Origin: Verrucomicrobiota bacterium
Lineage (GTDB): Bacteria > Verrucomicrobiota > Verrucomicrobiia > Limisphaerales > Palsa-1400
Assembly (NCBI GenBank): GCA_049510745.1
Contig: JBEKYR010000006.1
Coordinates: forward strand, 1 to 64,000
Direction: 5' to 3'
DNA length: 64,000 nucleotides
In this document: piece by piece, positions 1 to 9,412 of the stretch
Numbering within the stretch: the first letter of the stretch is position 1
Layout: every line of letters begins with the position of its first letter
Made by a program: the position numbers and the translations under genes
The notes under the pieces: generated by a model
Told to the model about the DNA's origin: nothing
Database searches by the model: none
What the model saw: the letters and a program-made list of their open reading frames with translations, nothing else

Positions 1-3000
1 CGGTGAACTGATTGGTCGTGCTGGTCACCCGCACCACGCCGCCGCCGCCGCCGCCCCCGTACGGGAGTTGTCCCGCCCCGCCGTTGGCCGAAAGAATCCC
101 GCTTCCCGTAAGCGCTCCCGCCTGTATCCAGATTCCGCCGCCGGCCCCGCCGCCGCTGCCCTCGCCCGGACCGGTGGTGCCGTTGGCGCTGATTTTGCCG
201 CCCAGCGCGAGCGTGCCGGTCACGATCAATTGCAGGTTGCCGCCCCCGACGCCGCCCAAGTTATACGGGCTGAGGCCGTTGCCCAAACCGCCGCCGCCGG
301 CGTACCCAACCGGATAACTGGAATTCCACGGCGAAGACGTCACACTGCCTCCCTTGGCGCCAAAGGCGCTGTTCCCCCCGTAACCGGCATAGCCCCCGCC
401 GCCGCCGCTGGTGATGTTGCTGACGGTCAAAGTGCTTCCCGCCGAACTGTATCCCTCTGTCGATCCTTTGCCATCCAGGATGATGCCGCCACCCGTTTGA
501 ATGGTGGCGTTGCTGGTCACCGTCAAATACAGCGTGATCCCCGTTTGCGGAGGGACGATGAAACTGTTGGAGGTCACCAACAAGTTGCGGATAGACACAG
601 ATGAGGAGTTGAGAGCCGCCACCGCGCCGTAGCCCACCGTTAAGTCACAACTGGGCAACGAGGTAATCGGCGTATTGGTCCCAATTACTCCGCCGTTATT
701 CACAATGACCTGCCCGATGCTGCTGGTGTGGATCGTAAAGTAAATCGTGCCGGCGCCCCCGCCCACGTACCCCGGCGCTCCGCAGGCGGAGAAGCCGCCC
801 GTATAATTATTTGAAGACGCATAAACGGCGATGCGCCCGCCCGCTCCGCCGCCCCCGTTGGGAAGATCGCCCGCGCCGCCGTTGGCCGAAATGCTGCCGT
901 TTCCGGCCAAAGCTCCCGTGGTCACGTAAATGGTGCCGCCGGATCCGCCGCCCGCGCTGCTGCCCAGAGGGGCGGACAGTCCGTTGGCGGACAAAGTTCC
1001 GTTCAGGAGCAGCGTCCCGCTCATCGTCACCCTCAACACGCCCCCGCCGGCGCCTCCGAGTGCTCTGCTGGGGCCGGAGCCGCCAGGCGTCCCAGAATCG
1101 CTCGGTGTTGTCAGCGAGCCGTGCGCGGCGGAGGAATACCCCAGCGCGCCGGCCCCGCCATTACCGCCATAGCCCCCGCCAGCTTCAAGGGGACTGGAAC
1201 CGTAGAAGTAACTCGCAACGCTAATGCCGCCGCCGGCTGCCACCGTCGCGTTGGAAACCTCCAGATTCGCCACCCCATTGCTTTCAATTATAAAGCTGTT
1301 GGAACCCACCCCCAGGTTGCCGATCACGCCGATTTGTTCCGAGCTTGCCACCAGCGTCGCCCCATTGGTCACCGTCAGGTCGAACACTCTCCCTCCCACG
1401 CTTTCAATCGGCGTGCTGGCGCCTGAGGCCCCGCCGTTATCCAGCACCAGTTGCGGCGTCGCGCTGCTGCTCAGGGCAAGGTAAATGGTGCCGGCTCCGC
1501 CGTTGACCAGCCCGGCGCCGCCAGCGGCGGACGCCGATCCGCCAAATTGATTGGTGGCCAAATTCCCGGAGGTTGCATAGACGGCAATCCGCCCGCCCCC
1601 GCCACCGCCGCCCTCCGCGGAGCCGGCCGCGCCGCCGTTGGCCGAAATGGCGCCCCCGCCCGCCAGCGCGCCCACAGTCAAATAAACACTCCCTCCCGAC
1701 CCGCCCCCGCTTCCGTCGCCGATGCCTGCGCCGCCGTTGGCGGTAATGCTGCCGTTCAAGGTCATGATTCCCACGACGTTCATTTCAATTGCCCCACCCC
1801 CGGCCCCGCCCGCGTTGTAGGGACTGGCGCCGGTGCCCAATCCGCCCACGCCGCCCAAGTTGACCGGTTGCAAGACCGACCCGTTATTGGCCGCACCCCC
1901 CGCTGCTCGGAAACCACCGCCGCCGTTTCCCCCGCCCCCGCCCCCGCCGCCAAAGGTATAACCATTGCTCTGATAGATTCCCCCGGCATCGCCCCCGCGC
2001 GCGGTGACAACCGCGTCCATGCTGATCCCGCCGCCAGCCTGAATGATGGCGTTGCTCTGCACGGTCAACCGCAACGGCACCGGAGCAGGCCCTGCGACCA
2101 GCCAACTGTTCGACCCCACCACCAAATTTGAAATTGTGTCACTGGGAGCCGAAAAAAACGCGATTGCCCCGCCGCTGATCGTCAGGTTGCAGCCGTAGGG
2201 GACAGCCAACGGCGTATTCGTCCCCGACGCCCCCCCGTTGTCCACCAGAACTTGCTCCCCGAAGCCGCTCACGGGCTGCAAATCGACCGTCCCCGCTCCG
2301 CCCGCCACCGATCCCTGTCCGCCAGGCGCGCTGACCGTGCCGGTAAAGTCGTTTGTTGTGAAGAGCAGCGCGATGCGTCCGCCGCCGCCGCCGCCGCCGT
2401 CAAAAGATTCGCCCACCCCGCCGCTGGCCGTGATGGAACCGGCCCCGGACACCGACGACGCGGAAATGAAAATGCCGCCGCCCGACCCACCGCCGGAGGC
2501 CAGGTTGACGCCGTTGCCGCCGTTGGCGCTGATCTGTCCGTACACCTTCAGTTCCCTGCCGATGGTCAGATTCACCAGGCCGCCGCCGGCCCCGCCGTCG
2601 CCAAACCCGGTCCCGCCGCCGCTGCCCGCGTTGGTCGAAGCCACCAGAGAACCGTAAGAACCGCCGCCCGCCGCCCCGCCAAAGCTCGACCCGCCGCAGC
2701 CCCCGAAACCGCCGCCGCCCCCGCTGGTGTAATAGAAGCCAAATTGGAGATCGCTCGAGAGACTGGAACCGGCCCCGGCACCCAGCCCCGGCCCGAATCC
2801 CAGCCCGTTGGCATTGATCGCGCTGCTCGAGTCGATGTACACGCTGTCGGTCACGGTCAGATTGAGGCCCCCGCCGGAAAGGTTGGTGATGGGCGAATGC
2901 GTCACCGTTCCGTTATCAATGATGACCAGTTCGGAAAATCCGTGACTGCCGTCAATGGTCAACGTGCAGCCATCGACGATAATATCCTGGCCGTCATAAT

Positions 3001-3115
3001 TGGTGTCATCCGGGCCGATGCTGGTGTCGGTCGTAAAAACGGCCGCCCGCGCCGGAAGCGCGAGCGCAAGGCAAAGTCCGGCGGTGGAAAAGAGAGTCGT
3101 ATGTTTGGTCATCAT
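1..3115 (-). CDS. Large secreted glycine-rich repeat protein (5' part; runs off the left edge)
   Basis: Absent from the ORF track because its stop lies outside the window. Manual reading from ATG at 3115 gives MMTKHTTLFSTAGLCLALALPARA (signal peptide), then repeated modules with GGGSGGxIY/F and GGGGGGRIA...GGAGTIY motifs. The frame is consistent at the points checked; the poly-Pro plus-strand ORFs are its antisense shadow. Confidence 0.85.
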   Translation of the reverse strand, partial: MMTKHTTLFSTAGLCLALALPARAAVFTTDTSIGPDDTNYDGQDIIVDGCTLTIDGSHGFSELVIIDNGTVTHSPITNLSGGGLNLTVTDSVYIDSSSAINANGLGFGPGLGAGAGSSLSSDLQFGFYYTSGGGGGFGGCGGSSFGGAAGGGSYGSLVASTNAGSGGGTGFGDGGAGGGLVNLTIGRELKVYGQISANGGNGVNLASGGGSGGGIFISASSVSGAGSITASGGVGESFDGGGGGGGRIALLFTTNDFTGTVSAPGGQGSVAGGAGTVDLQPVSGFGEQVLVDNGGASGTNTPLAVPYGCNLTISGGAIAFFSAPSDTISNLVVGSNSWLVAGPAPVPLRLTVQSNAIIQAGGGISMDAVVTARGGDAGGIYQSNGYTFGGGGGGGGNGGGGFRAAGGAANNGSVLQPVNLGGVGGLGTGASPYNAGGAGGGAIEMNVVGIMTLNGSITANGGAGIGDGSGGGSGGSVYLTVGALAGGGAISANGGAAGSAEGGGGGGGRIAVYATSGNLATNQFGGSASAAGGAGLVNGGAGTIYLALSSSATPQLVLDNGGASGASTPIESVGGRVFDLTVTNGATLVASSEQIGVIGNLGVGSNSFIIESNGVANLEVSNATVAAGGGISVASYFYGSSPLEAGGGYGGNGGAGALGYSSAAHGSLTTPSDSGTPGGSGPSRALGGAGGGVLRVTMSGTLLLNGTLSANGLSAPLGSSAGGGSGGTIYVTTGALAGNGSISANGGAGDLPNGGGGAGGRIAVYASSNNYTGGFSACGAPGYVGGGAGTIYFTIHTSSIGQVIVNNGGVIGTNTPITSLPSCDLTVGYGAVAALNSSSVSIRNLLVTSNSFIVPPQTGITLYLTVTSNATIQTGGGIILDGKGSTEGYSSAGSTLTVSNITSGGGGGYAGYGGNSAFGAKGGSVTSSPWNSSYPVGYAGGGGLGNGLSPYNLGGVGGGNLQLIVTGTLALGGKISANGTTGPGEGSGGGAGGGIWIQAGALTGSGILSANGGAGQLPYGGGGGGGVVRVTSTTNQFT

Positions 3116-3305
3116 AAATCCTTTGAGACGCTTCCATTCTTATCACTGGCCGGGCAGGAGGCAATGCGCGTTTCCAGGCACACCCCTGTGCGTTTGGGCG
3201 CACAGCCCGTCCGCGCCCCAAAAAGTCAATTACAAAAAATGCCGGAGTTTATTCTGGCGCCCGCCCCGGAAAGGGAGTTGTCTTAAACCCGCAATACAAA
3301 CGACT

Positions 3306-4955
3306 ATGAACACAAAGAATTCTCGCAACCAATCCGCCGCCGCGCTACTGGCGAGCCTGGTTCTGCTCGGCGGCTGCCAAAAGCAACAGGAAATCGCGCC
3401 GCCGGCGCCCTCCGCTCCGACCGAGTCCATCGTCTCCGCCGAAAAGACCTGCTTCGACCCGGTCACCGCCAAACTTAACCGCGGCGGCAACCTTTACGTC
3501 TTTCTCGACACCGAAGGGACCATGAGCGGCCTGTCCAACCGTCTGGCGGCCTTCAGCAACCTGATGTCCTCCCTGCCCAACATTCCGGGAGAGGGACGGG
3601 CCAACCTCGGCCGCGTGTCGGAGTTCCTCAACGACTTCGTCCACGACAGCGGCCTGGGCCAGATCAGCGGCCTGGGCATGAGTTCCATCGCGCGCGAGAA
3701 GGGGTTTTATTACGGCAAAGTCGTCGTCTTCCATCACCCCGGCCAAAACGCCGGCCTCATCTGGTCGCTCTTCGGCAAGGCCCCCCATCCGCTCCGCGGA
3801 CTGGATTTGCTCCCGGAAAGCACGGCCCTGGCCATCTTCTCCGACTTCGATCTGCCCCTGGCCTGGACCAACATCGAACTGCAACTGGCCAAGCTGGACA
3901 TCGCCGGAGTGGCCAAGGCGCTGGACCAGGTTCCCGCCCAGTTTCACCAGCAGACCGGCTTGCAGTTGGATGACGTGCTGCGCTCCCTGGGCGGCGAATA
4001 CGGCCTGATCTTCACCCTGGACGAACACAAAAAAATCACGCTGCCCATTCCGGGCAGTCCCCTGGAAATTCCCAACCCCGGTCTGGCCATCGTGGTCAAA
4101 GTCAATTCCGATGTCATTTTCAATCGCGTCGATGAGGCCCTCAATGCCAATCCGGTTGTCAGCAAGCTCGTCGGCAAGGTCGAGGACGGCGAATTGAAGA
4201 TGCGCACCGTCACGCTGCCCATTCCGCTGCCGTTGGACCTTCGGCCAAGCATCGCCCGCAGCGGCGATTACCTCTTCCTGGCCACCTCCGACACGCTAGT
4301 GCGCGACCTCCTGGCGGTGAAGTCGGGGGAGAAGAAAGGTTACAAAGCGACCGACGAGTTCAAGAAACTTTCGCAAGGCATCCCGAATGCCGGCAACAAT
4401 TTTGCGCTGGTCACCGGCGCCTTCGGCAACACCATTTCCCAGGTCCAGCAACAGGCCCTCTCCAGCCAGCAGGGCGGCGCCCAGGGCGCCCAGTCGTTGA
4501 AGCAGCTTCTCAACACCGGGACCAATACCTATTCCTACAGCGTCGGCGTCAACGGCGCCGAGGGATGGGAAGGTTTCGCCAACGGCAACCACAGCCTGCA
4601 ATCGGTCCTCCTTCCCGTGACGGCTGCGGCCGGTCTGGCCGCTGGCATCGCCATCCCCAATTTCATCAAAGCCCGCCAAACCAGCCAGTCCAATGCCATC
4701 CTGGACAACCTGCGTCGGTTGGATTCCGCCAAAGAGCAATGGGTCCTTGAAAAGGGAAAGAAGCCGGGCGACTCCGTCACGATGGACGATTTGGCGCCGT
4801 ACCTGGGCGGGAAGGGCATCGAACAGGTGGTGGGTGAGAAGTATCTGATCCATCCCGTCGGCCAACCGCCCACCGTCCGGCTGGCGCAAGACCTATCCGG
4901 CCACAAGGCCGGCTCGGAGATTTCGCTCCGCGACATCACCGGCGAGGGCAAATAA
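3306..4955 (+). CDS. Lipoprotein with DUF3352-like body and C-terminal pilin/pseudopilin-like domain
   Basis: MNTKNSRNQSAAALLASLVLLGGC lipobox; C-terminal GLAAGIAIPNFIKARQTSQSNAILDNLRRLDSAKEQWVLE resembles a type IV pilin alpha-1 helix. Confidence 0.7.
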   Translation: MNTKNSRNQSAAALLASLVLLGGCQKQQEIAPPAPSAPTESIVSAEKTCFDPVTAKLNRGGNLYVFLDTEGTMSGLSNRLAAFSNLMSSLPNIPGEGRANLGRVSEFLNDFVHDSGLGQISGLGMSSIAREKGFYYGKVVVFHHPGQNAGLIWSLFGKAPHPLRGLDLLPESTALAIFSDFDLPLAWTNIELQLAKLDIAGVAKALDQVPAQFHQQTGLQLDDVLRSLGGEYGLIFTLDEHKKITLPIPGSPLEIPNPGLAIVVKVNSDVIFNRVDEALNANPVVSKLVGKVEDGELKMRTVTLPIPLPLDLRPSIARSGDYLFLATSDTLVRDLLAVKSGEKKGYKATDEFKKLSQGIPNAGNNFALVTGAFGNTISQVQQQALSSQQGGAQGAQSLKQLLNTGTNTYSYSVGVNGAEGWEGFANGNHSLQSVLLPVTAAAGLAAGIAIPNFIKARQTSQSNAILDNLRRLDSAKEQWVLEKGKKPGDSVTMDDLAPYLGGKGIEQVVGEKYLIHPVGQPPTVRLAQDLSGHKAGSEISLRDITGEGK

Positions 4956-5050
4956 ACACTGTTCTATTCATGGCGGCCAGAGCGGGCCGGACCTTTCCGG
5001 CTCCGTGATGAATTCCCTGGCCGCCCCTTTTTTGCCGGCGGGAAGTTTCA

Positions 5051-5194
5051 TCACTCCTTGATTTTGGACCTTTCCGTGAGCCGGGCGCAGGTCATGCGTT
5101 CGCGCAGGCCGCCCTCTTGCACGAACGCCTTCTCCAACTGCCGAAGTTGCTGGTCCAGGAGATAGTTTGTCTGGTGAATCAGACAGATCAGGAT
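5051..5194 (-). pseudogene. C-terminal fragment of a four-helix-bundle suffix-domain protein
   Basis: Manual translation ILICLIHQTNYLLDQQLRQLEKAFVQEGGLRERMTCARLTER; preceded by an in-frame TAA, no start codon. Confidence 0.7.
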
Positions 5195-5199
5195 TTAAG

Positions 5200-5826
5200 T
5201 CATCGTCCAAACATCCGTCCGAGAAATGAGCCGCCGCGAGGCAACGGCGCGGACGGACGGTCAGGTGTCGTGTAAGGAAAAACGCCGTGCTCCTTCAGAA
5301 GGGCGAGCAACCTCTCTGACCCGCTTGCCTGCTTGAAGGCGAGCTCCTCTGCCGTGATGCCAATGCACAACAGCAAACCGTAACGCACGCCGTGAAACTC
5401 GAAGTGAACCGGATGCTCAGCCGGATGGGTGAACAGTAAGGCACGAATGGTCGAGTCGCCAAAGAATGTCCCCATGTCCATTGTCTCTCCCGGCTCAAGC
5501 TCGGAGTCACATGTGTAGCGAGCCAGCCTGGAAATGAGGTCGCCTGCCTTTTGCAACTCCTGCCTTGCACAAATCATCAACTCATAGTTTCCGAGAGTAG
5601 TCGGACGCTGGCCAACATCCTCGCCGGTCATCTCCGCAGTGACGTAAGTGATGCCCGGCACGTAGTCGGGAAAGGGCAGCACGTCGGCAGAACCACCAAG
5701 CTGGAACGGGATGATTGCGTGCAAAACCGTGTCGGCTGGTTTGCCGAGAATCGGTGTGAGGGCAGCGATGCGAGCGTCCCAAATCTTCCGCCACTCGTCG
5801 TTTCCGGTTTGTGGTTGGTCGGGCAT
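5200..5826 (-). CDS. Suppressor-of-fused (SUFU)-like domain protein, putative toxin immunity protein; integron cassette 2
   Basis: LGKPADTVLHAIIPFQLGGSADV...YVTAEM...YELMIC...LLLCIGITAEELAF pattern of bacterial SUFU proteins; ATG about 20 nt after the attC. Confidence 0.75.
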   Translation of the reverse strand: MPDQPQTGNDEWRKIWDARIAALTPILGKPADTVLHAIIPFQLGGSADVLPFPDYVPGITYVTAEMTGEDVGQRPTTLGNYELMICARQELQKAGDLISRLARYTCDSELEPGETMDMGTFFGDSTIRALLFTHPAEHPVHFEFHGVRYGLLLCIGITAEELAFKQASGSERLLALLKEHGVFPYTTPDRPSAPLPRGGSFLGRMFGR

Positions 5827-5846
5827 GGCTAGTGGCGTGTGAAGTG

Positions 5847-5952
5847 GCCTGACGCAAAGCTGACTAATGACGAGGAGCGCGGCAATAATGCCGCGCTTTG
5901 GAATATGCGCTCGACTGCGATCCTCATCATTCGGTCCAACGTCTCGTTCGGC
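5847..5952 (-). mobile_element. Integron attC site
   Basis: Minus strand GCCGAAC-gagac-GTTGGACCGAATGATGAGGATCGC...GCGCTCCTCGTCATTAGTCAGC-tttgc-GTCAGGC: R''/R' boxes, 5-nt spacers and an imperfect inverted repeat with two unpaired bases; 106 bp. Confidence 0.75.
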
Positions 5953-5965
5953 GATGTGAGGTCTC

Positions 5966-6262
5966 TCATGCTGTCTTTCCTCGGGTTTCCAATAGCGCAA
6001 TGGCTGCGAAATACTCCATATGCATCCGGGTCAAGAGCGACGCGGCAAGAACAATGAGTCCTCCAATAAGGCAACCAAAGAAAATCCGACACCATCCCGT
6101 TGCGAACTCCGTTGTGAACTCCGGGGCGACAACCCATAAGGCCGCGGCGACCGCGATGAGAAAAACATACATCAACGAAAACCAGAGGCGCGCGAAGAGT
6201 TTAGCCCCGCGGACCCCATATCTCCGAACCAACGGTGTGTCTGAAATGTCCGATGTTTTCAT
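5966..6262 (-). CDS. Small two-TM membrane protein; integron cassette 1
   Basis: 98-aa ORF with two hydrophobic segments, bounded by GTTCGGC upstream and the attC downstream. Confidence 0.55.
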   Translation of the reverse strand: MKTSDISDTPLVRRYGVRGAKLFARLWFSLMYVFLIAVAAALWVVAPEFTTEFATGWCRIFFGCLIGGLIVLAASLLTRMHMEYFAAIALLETRGKTA

Positions 6263-6280
6263 AAGTAGCGCGAAGGTTAC

Positions 6281-6412
6281 GCCGAACTTTTATTATGCGA
6301 CGGCCTGTTCGTTTATTGAAACCGGTCTTCTGACCGAATCTGAAAGTCGCAAGTTGTTCATAATCAATAAAACCTGCCCCTAATATACAACCGCTGGTTC
6401 GTTTATTGAAAC
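6281..6412 (-). mobile_element. Putative attI-like site with upstream direct repeats
   Basis: Minus strand gtcgcataataaaa-GTTCGGC core (6281-6287), complementary to the cassette's R'' GCCGAAC; 16-bp direct repeat GTTCGTTTATTGAAAC at 6307-6322 and 6397-6412. Confidence 0.5.
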
Positions 6413-6695
6413 GCAAAAAAACGGACGCCTGACTTGAAAAGCCCCTGTTCCAAACCTCATTTCCGAAGATTGACGATACGGAACAGTACGGGGACATGAC
6501 CGCGGAACGCAGGGCGGAGATTCTTCAGGAGGTCTTCGGTGTCACGACAGGCTGAGTTGGAACGCCTGCTGCAAGCCTGGCACGATTTCGAAGGCTGTCA
6601 CCCTGCCGAAAAAGACAAATACCGGGACGCTTTTAACCACCTGCTCGACAAAGCCCGCGCTCACACCACGGTTTCCCGCCAAGATTTGATTCGGG

Positions 6696-7094
6696 CTAGG
6701 CCAGTTCCTTGGTTTTGGGCTGTTCGATCAGTTCGATTTCGTAGCCTTCCGGAGCGTCGATGAAGGCAAAGCCGCCGCCGCCCGGGCGGGGGGTCGGACC
6801 ATCGGAGTATTTCAAGCCCAGAGAGGCCAGGTGCTGGCCGAAGGCCTCCAGGCTGTCCACCTCAAAACCCAGATGAGTCAGGTCGGGCTGAACCTGGACC
6901 GGGCCGCTGGACGGGAAGTAACAAATCTCGATCAGTTCCTCGCTTTCGGGGGCCTTGAGGAAGGCCAATTCGGAACCTCGGGGCGATTTGTGGCGGCGCA
7001 ATTCCTCCAATCCGAGGACTTCCTTGTAAAACCTGACGGTTCGTTCCAAATCGTTGACGCGGTAGCGTGTATGATTGAGCTTTTTCGCTTTCAT
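6696..7094 (-). CDS. Glyoxalase/VOC family protein (lactoylglutathione lyase-like)
   Basis: HTRYRVNDLERTVRFYKEVLGL...HLGFEV...FIDAPEGYEIELI VOC motifs. Confidence 0.85.
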   Translation of the reverse strand: MKAKKLNHTRYRVNDLERTVRFYKEVLGLEELRRHKSPRGSELAFLKAPESEELIEICYFPSSGPVQVQPDLTHLGFEVDSLEAFGQHLASLGLKYSDGPTPRPGGGGFAFIDAPEGYEIELIEQPKTKELA

Positions 7095-7190
7095 GGCGCC
7101 ATCCTAACGTGGCGGCGGCAGAAGGCAACGCCCGATCGCCGGATGCGAAAGGGGACTTGCGCAACGGCAGCCTTTGACATACAAGGGCTT

Positions 7191-8393
7191 ATGCAGAAGG
7201 AACGCGGGCTGTTGCTGGCCCTTGCTTTTTTTGTGATGACCGGCGTCGCGCTGGGACAAGTCGATCCCGAGAAACGGGAACTTGTCCAAATAGGGTTCAC
7301 TCAGGCAATGGAGGGGGCCTCGCCGGTCGGCGCCTACGCCTTTTACTACGTGAACGAGCCGGATTTTTTCGGCACAAACATCACCTTGCGCCTGGCGCTG
7401 GCGCCGGTTTACCTGGATTCGGAAGTGGGATTTACCCACCTGCTGGGGCCGCACACGGACCTGGCAGTGGGTCTGGCCGGAGGCGGTTTTGCGGACAACT
7501 ATTACGAGTATCACGACGGGAAGTATCAGCCCGGAGAATCGTTCACCGGCCACGGGGCGGAAGGCTCGATTTCGATCTACCACCTGTTCAATCCGGGACA
7601 GCTCATCCCGCTGTATGGGGTGCTGCGAGTCAAGGAGCATCTGTCCGTCTATGAAGGGAGCGACGAGCTGGATCCGGGGTTTGTCCTGCCGCGGGACCAC
7701 TGGACTTTCGAGTGGCGGGCGGGCTTGCGGCTGGGGGGACGGGATCCGTTGCTGACGCCGGACCTGGCGATGGAGGTGTCGGCTTGGTACGAAGGACAGT
7801 ATCGGACCGATTCGGGCAGTTACGGGTTCGACGGGGACCGGGCGCTGGAGGCGCGCACGGAGTTGTTCTGGGGGCGGACGCTGTTCATTTACACGCTGCC
7901 GAAGTCGAAACAAAGTATTGACTTGTCGTTGAGCGGGGGCGCGAGCGTCCACGCGGATCGGTTCAGCGCCTATCGTTTGGGGGGCGACCTGCCGCTGGCA
8001 TCGGAGTTTCCGCTGGCCATTCCGGGATATTTTTACCAGGAACTGAGCGCGAGCAGTTTTGTCTCGCTGACCACGCATTACACCATGCCGCTGGACGCGG
8101 CCAAGACCTGGACTCTCTGCCCCGTGGCGTCGGTCGCGGCGTTGGATTATCTGGCGGGACTGGGGCAGCCGGGGCATCTGAATTCGGGCGCCGGATTGCA
8201 GGCGGGCTACCGTTCGCACAACGGCGTGTGGCAGGTTGTGGCCACTTACGGCTATGGATTCCAGGCGGTCCGTTCGGACGGACGGGGCGGACAAAGCGTC
8301 GGGATTTTGTGCCAGATCAATTTGGGGGCGCGGCATCCGGGCGGCCCGAGCGAACTGGACCGCGTCATCGGATATTTTCCGAGCCATTTTTGA
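7191..8393 (+). CDS. Putative outer-membrane beta-barrel protein
   Basis: Signal peptide MQKERGLLLALAFFVMTGVALG; aromatic-rich alternating beta-strand pattern. Confidence 0.6.
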   Translation: MQKERGLLLALAFFVMTGVALGQVDPEKRELVQIGFTQAMEGASPVGAYAFYYVNEPDFFGTNITLRLALAPVYLDSEVGFTHLLGPHTDLAVGLAGGGFADNYYEYHDGKYQPGESFTGHGAEGSISIYHLFNPGQLIPLYGVLRVKEHLSVYEGSDELDPGFVLPRDHWTFEWRAGLRLGGRDPLLTPDLAMEVSAWYEGQYRTDSGSYGFDGDRALEARTELFWGRTLFIYTLPKSKQSIDLSLSGGASVHADRFSAYRLGGDLPLASEFPLAIPGYFYQELSASSFVSLTTHYTMPLDAAKTWTLCPVASVAALDYLAGLGQPGHLNSGAGLQAGYRSHNGVWQVVATYGYGFQAVRSDGRGGQSVGILCQINLGARHPGGPSELDRVIGYFPSHF

Positions 8394-8397
8394 GGGG

Positions 8398-9369
8398 TTA
8401 TTTTGCCGCGGGAGCGGGCGGGGGCGTGTTGGTGGCGGGTTTGGCGAGCGCCTCGTTCAAGTTGCGCATGAGCGTTCGTTTAAGGCCCGCGTAGAGGTCG
8501 TTGGTGACGGCGTTGAGACGCTCGCGGGCCGCGTCGTAATTCCCCAGTTTGATGTTGATCCGCGCCAAATGAACAAAGACGCCCTCGCGCTCGGCGTCGT
8601 CATGGGCGATCTTGAGCGCCTCGGTCCAGGCCTCCAGGCCGTCCTTCCAGCGGGGCGGATTGGTTCCGTAAAAGGACTCGGCGTAATCGCTGAAAAGCAC
8701 AAAATCATCCGGGGCCAGCTTGATGGCCTGGCGATAGAGCGCCAGCGCCTTGTCAAAAACCTCCTGTTCGGTCAGGTGGTAGTATTCGCGGGCGTCAGGG
8801 CGGAACAAATAAACCGTGACGGCCAGATTGTGGTAATAGACCGATTCGTTCGGATCGAGTTCGATGGCTTTGCCGTAGTATTCCAGGGCCTTTTTGACCG
8901 GGCCGTGGTGGCCGTAAATGTTGGCCAGGTTGTTCCACGGCGCGGGATTGGTGGGCGCCAGCTCGCGCGCGGCGTCCCACTGCGCGACGGCGCCGTCCTC
9001 GTCCCCGGTGTCATTAAGAAAACTGCCGAAGGCGAGCCGGGCTTTGACGTGTTGGGGATGGCGTTGGAGGAAGTCTTCGTATTGCCGGCGGACGCCGTCC
9101 AGGCGCTGGCGGATGCGCATGTGCAGGGTGAGTCTGGCCTCTCCGCCGCCGGCCTGGGCAAAGGCCTGGGCGTCGTCCGTCCACTTGAGGATGTCCTGCT
9201 CCGCGGCATCGTCCGCCAGGACGATTTTGTGGTATTCGACTTCGACCGGATCATTGGTGTTGACGATGGGAATGGAAAGGCCGGTCTTCTCGGCCACGAG
9301 GTTGCTCGCGGCCTGAGGCGGATTGGTCGAAAGGACGGCGCTGAGGAGGCCGGCTAATAGATCACTCAC
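8398..9369 (-). CDS. Exported tetratricopeptide-repeat protein
   Basis: TPR motifs (WNNLANIY...ALEYYGKAIELDP; ALALYRQAIKLAP); GTG start at 9369 inferred. Confidence 0.8.
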   Translation of the reverse strand: MSDLLAGLLSAVLSTNPPQAASNLVAEKTGLSIPIVNTNDPVEVEYHKIVLADDAAEQDILKWTDDAQAFAQAGGGEARLTLHMRIRQRLDGVRRQYEDFLQRHPQHVKARLAFGSFLNDTGDEDGAVAQWDAARELAPTNPAPWNNLANIYGHHGPVKKALEYYGKAIELDPNESVYYHNLAVTVYLFRPDAREYYHLTEQEVFDKALALYRQAIKLAPDDFVLFSDYAESFYGTNPPRWKDGLEAWTEALKIAHDDAEREGVFVHLARINIKLGNYDAARERLNAVTNDLYAGLKRTLMRNLNEALAKPATNTPPPAPAAK

Positions 9370-9412
9370 GGCTTGAAGGTAAATCCGGCGGCGGCGCGCG
9401 CAAGGGGCAAAT

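Noticed and set aside
12..3286. Pro/Ala/Arg-rich plus-strand ORFs
   Set aside because: Reverse-complement of the Gly-rich minus-strand gene
5051..5194. Four-helix-bundle fragment as a DGR accessory (Avd-like) gene
   Set aside because: Only a start-less C-terminal shard, with no RT or TR/VR pair
6497..6763. Short plus-strand ORFs as the missing integron integrase
   Set aside because: No tyrosine-recombinase motifs; too short and overlapping the glyoxalase gene
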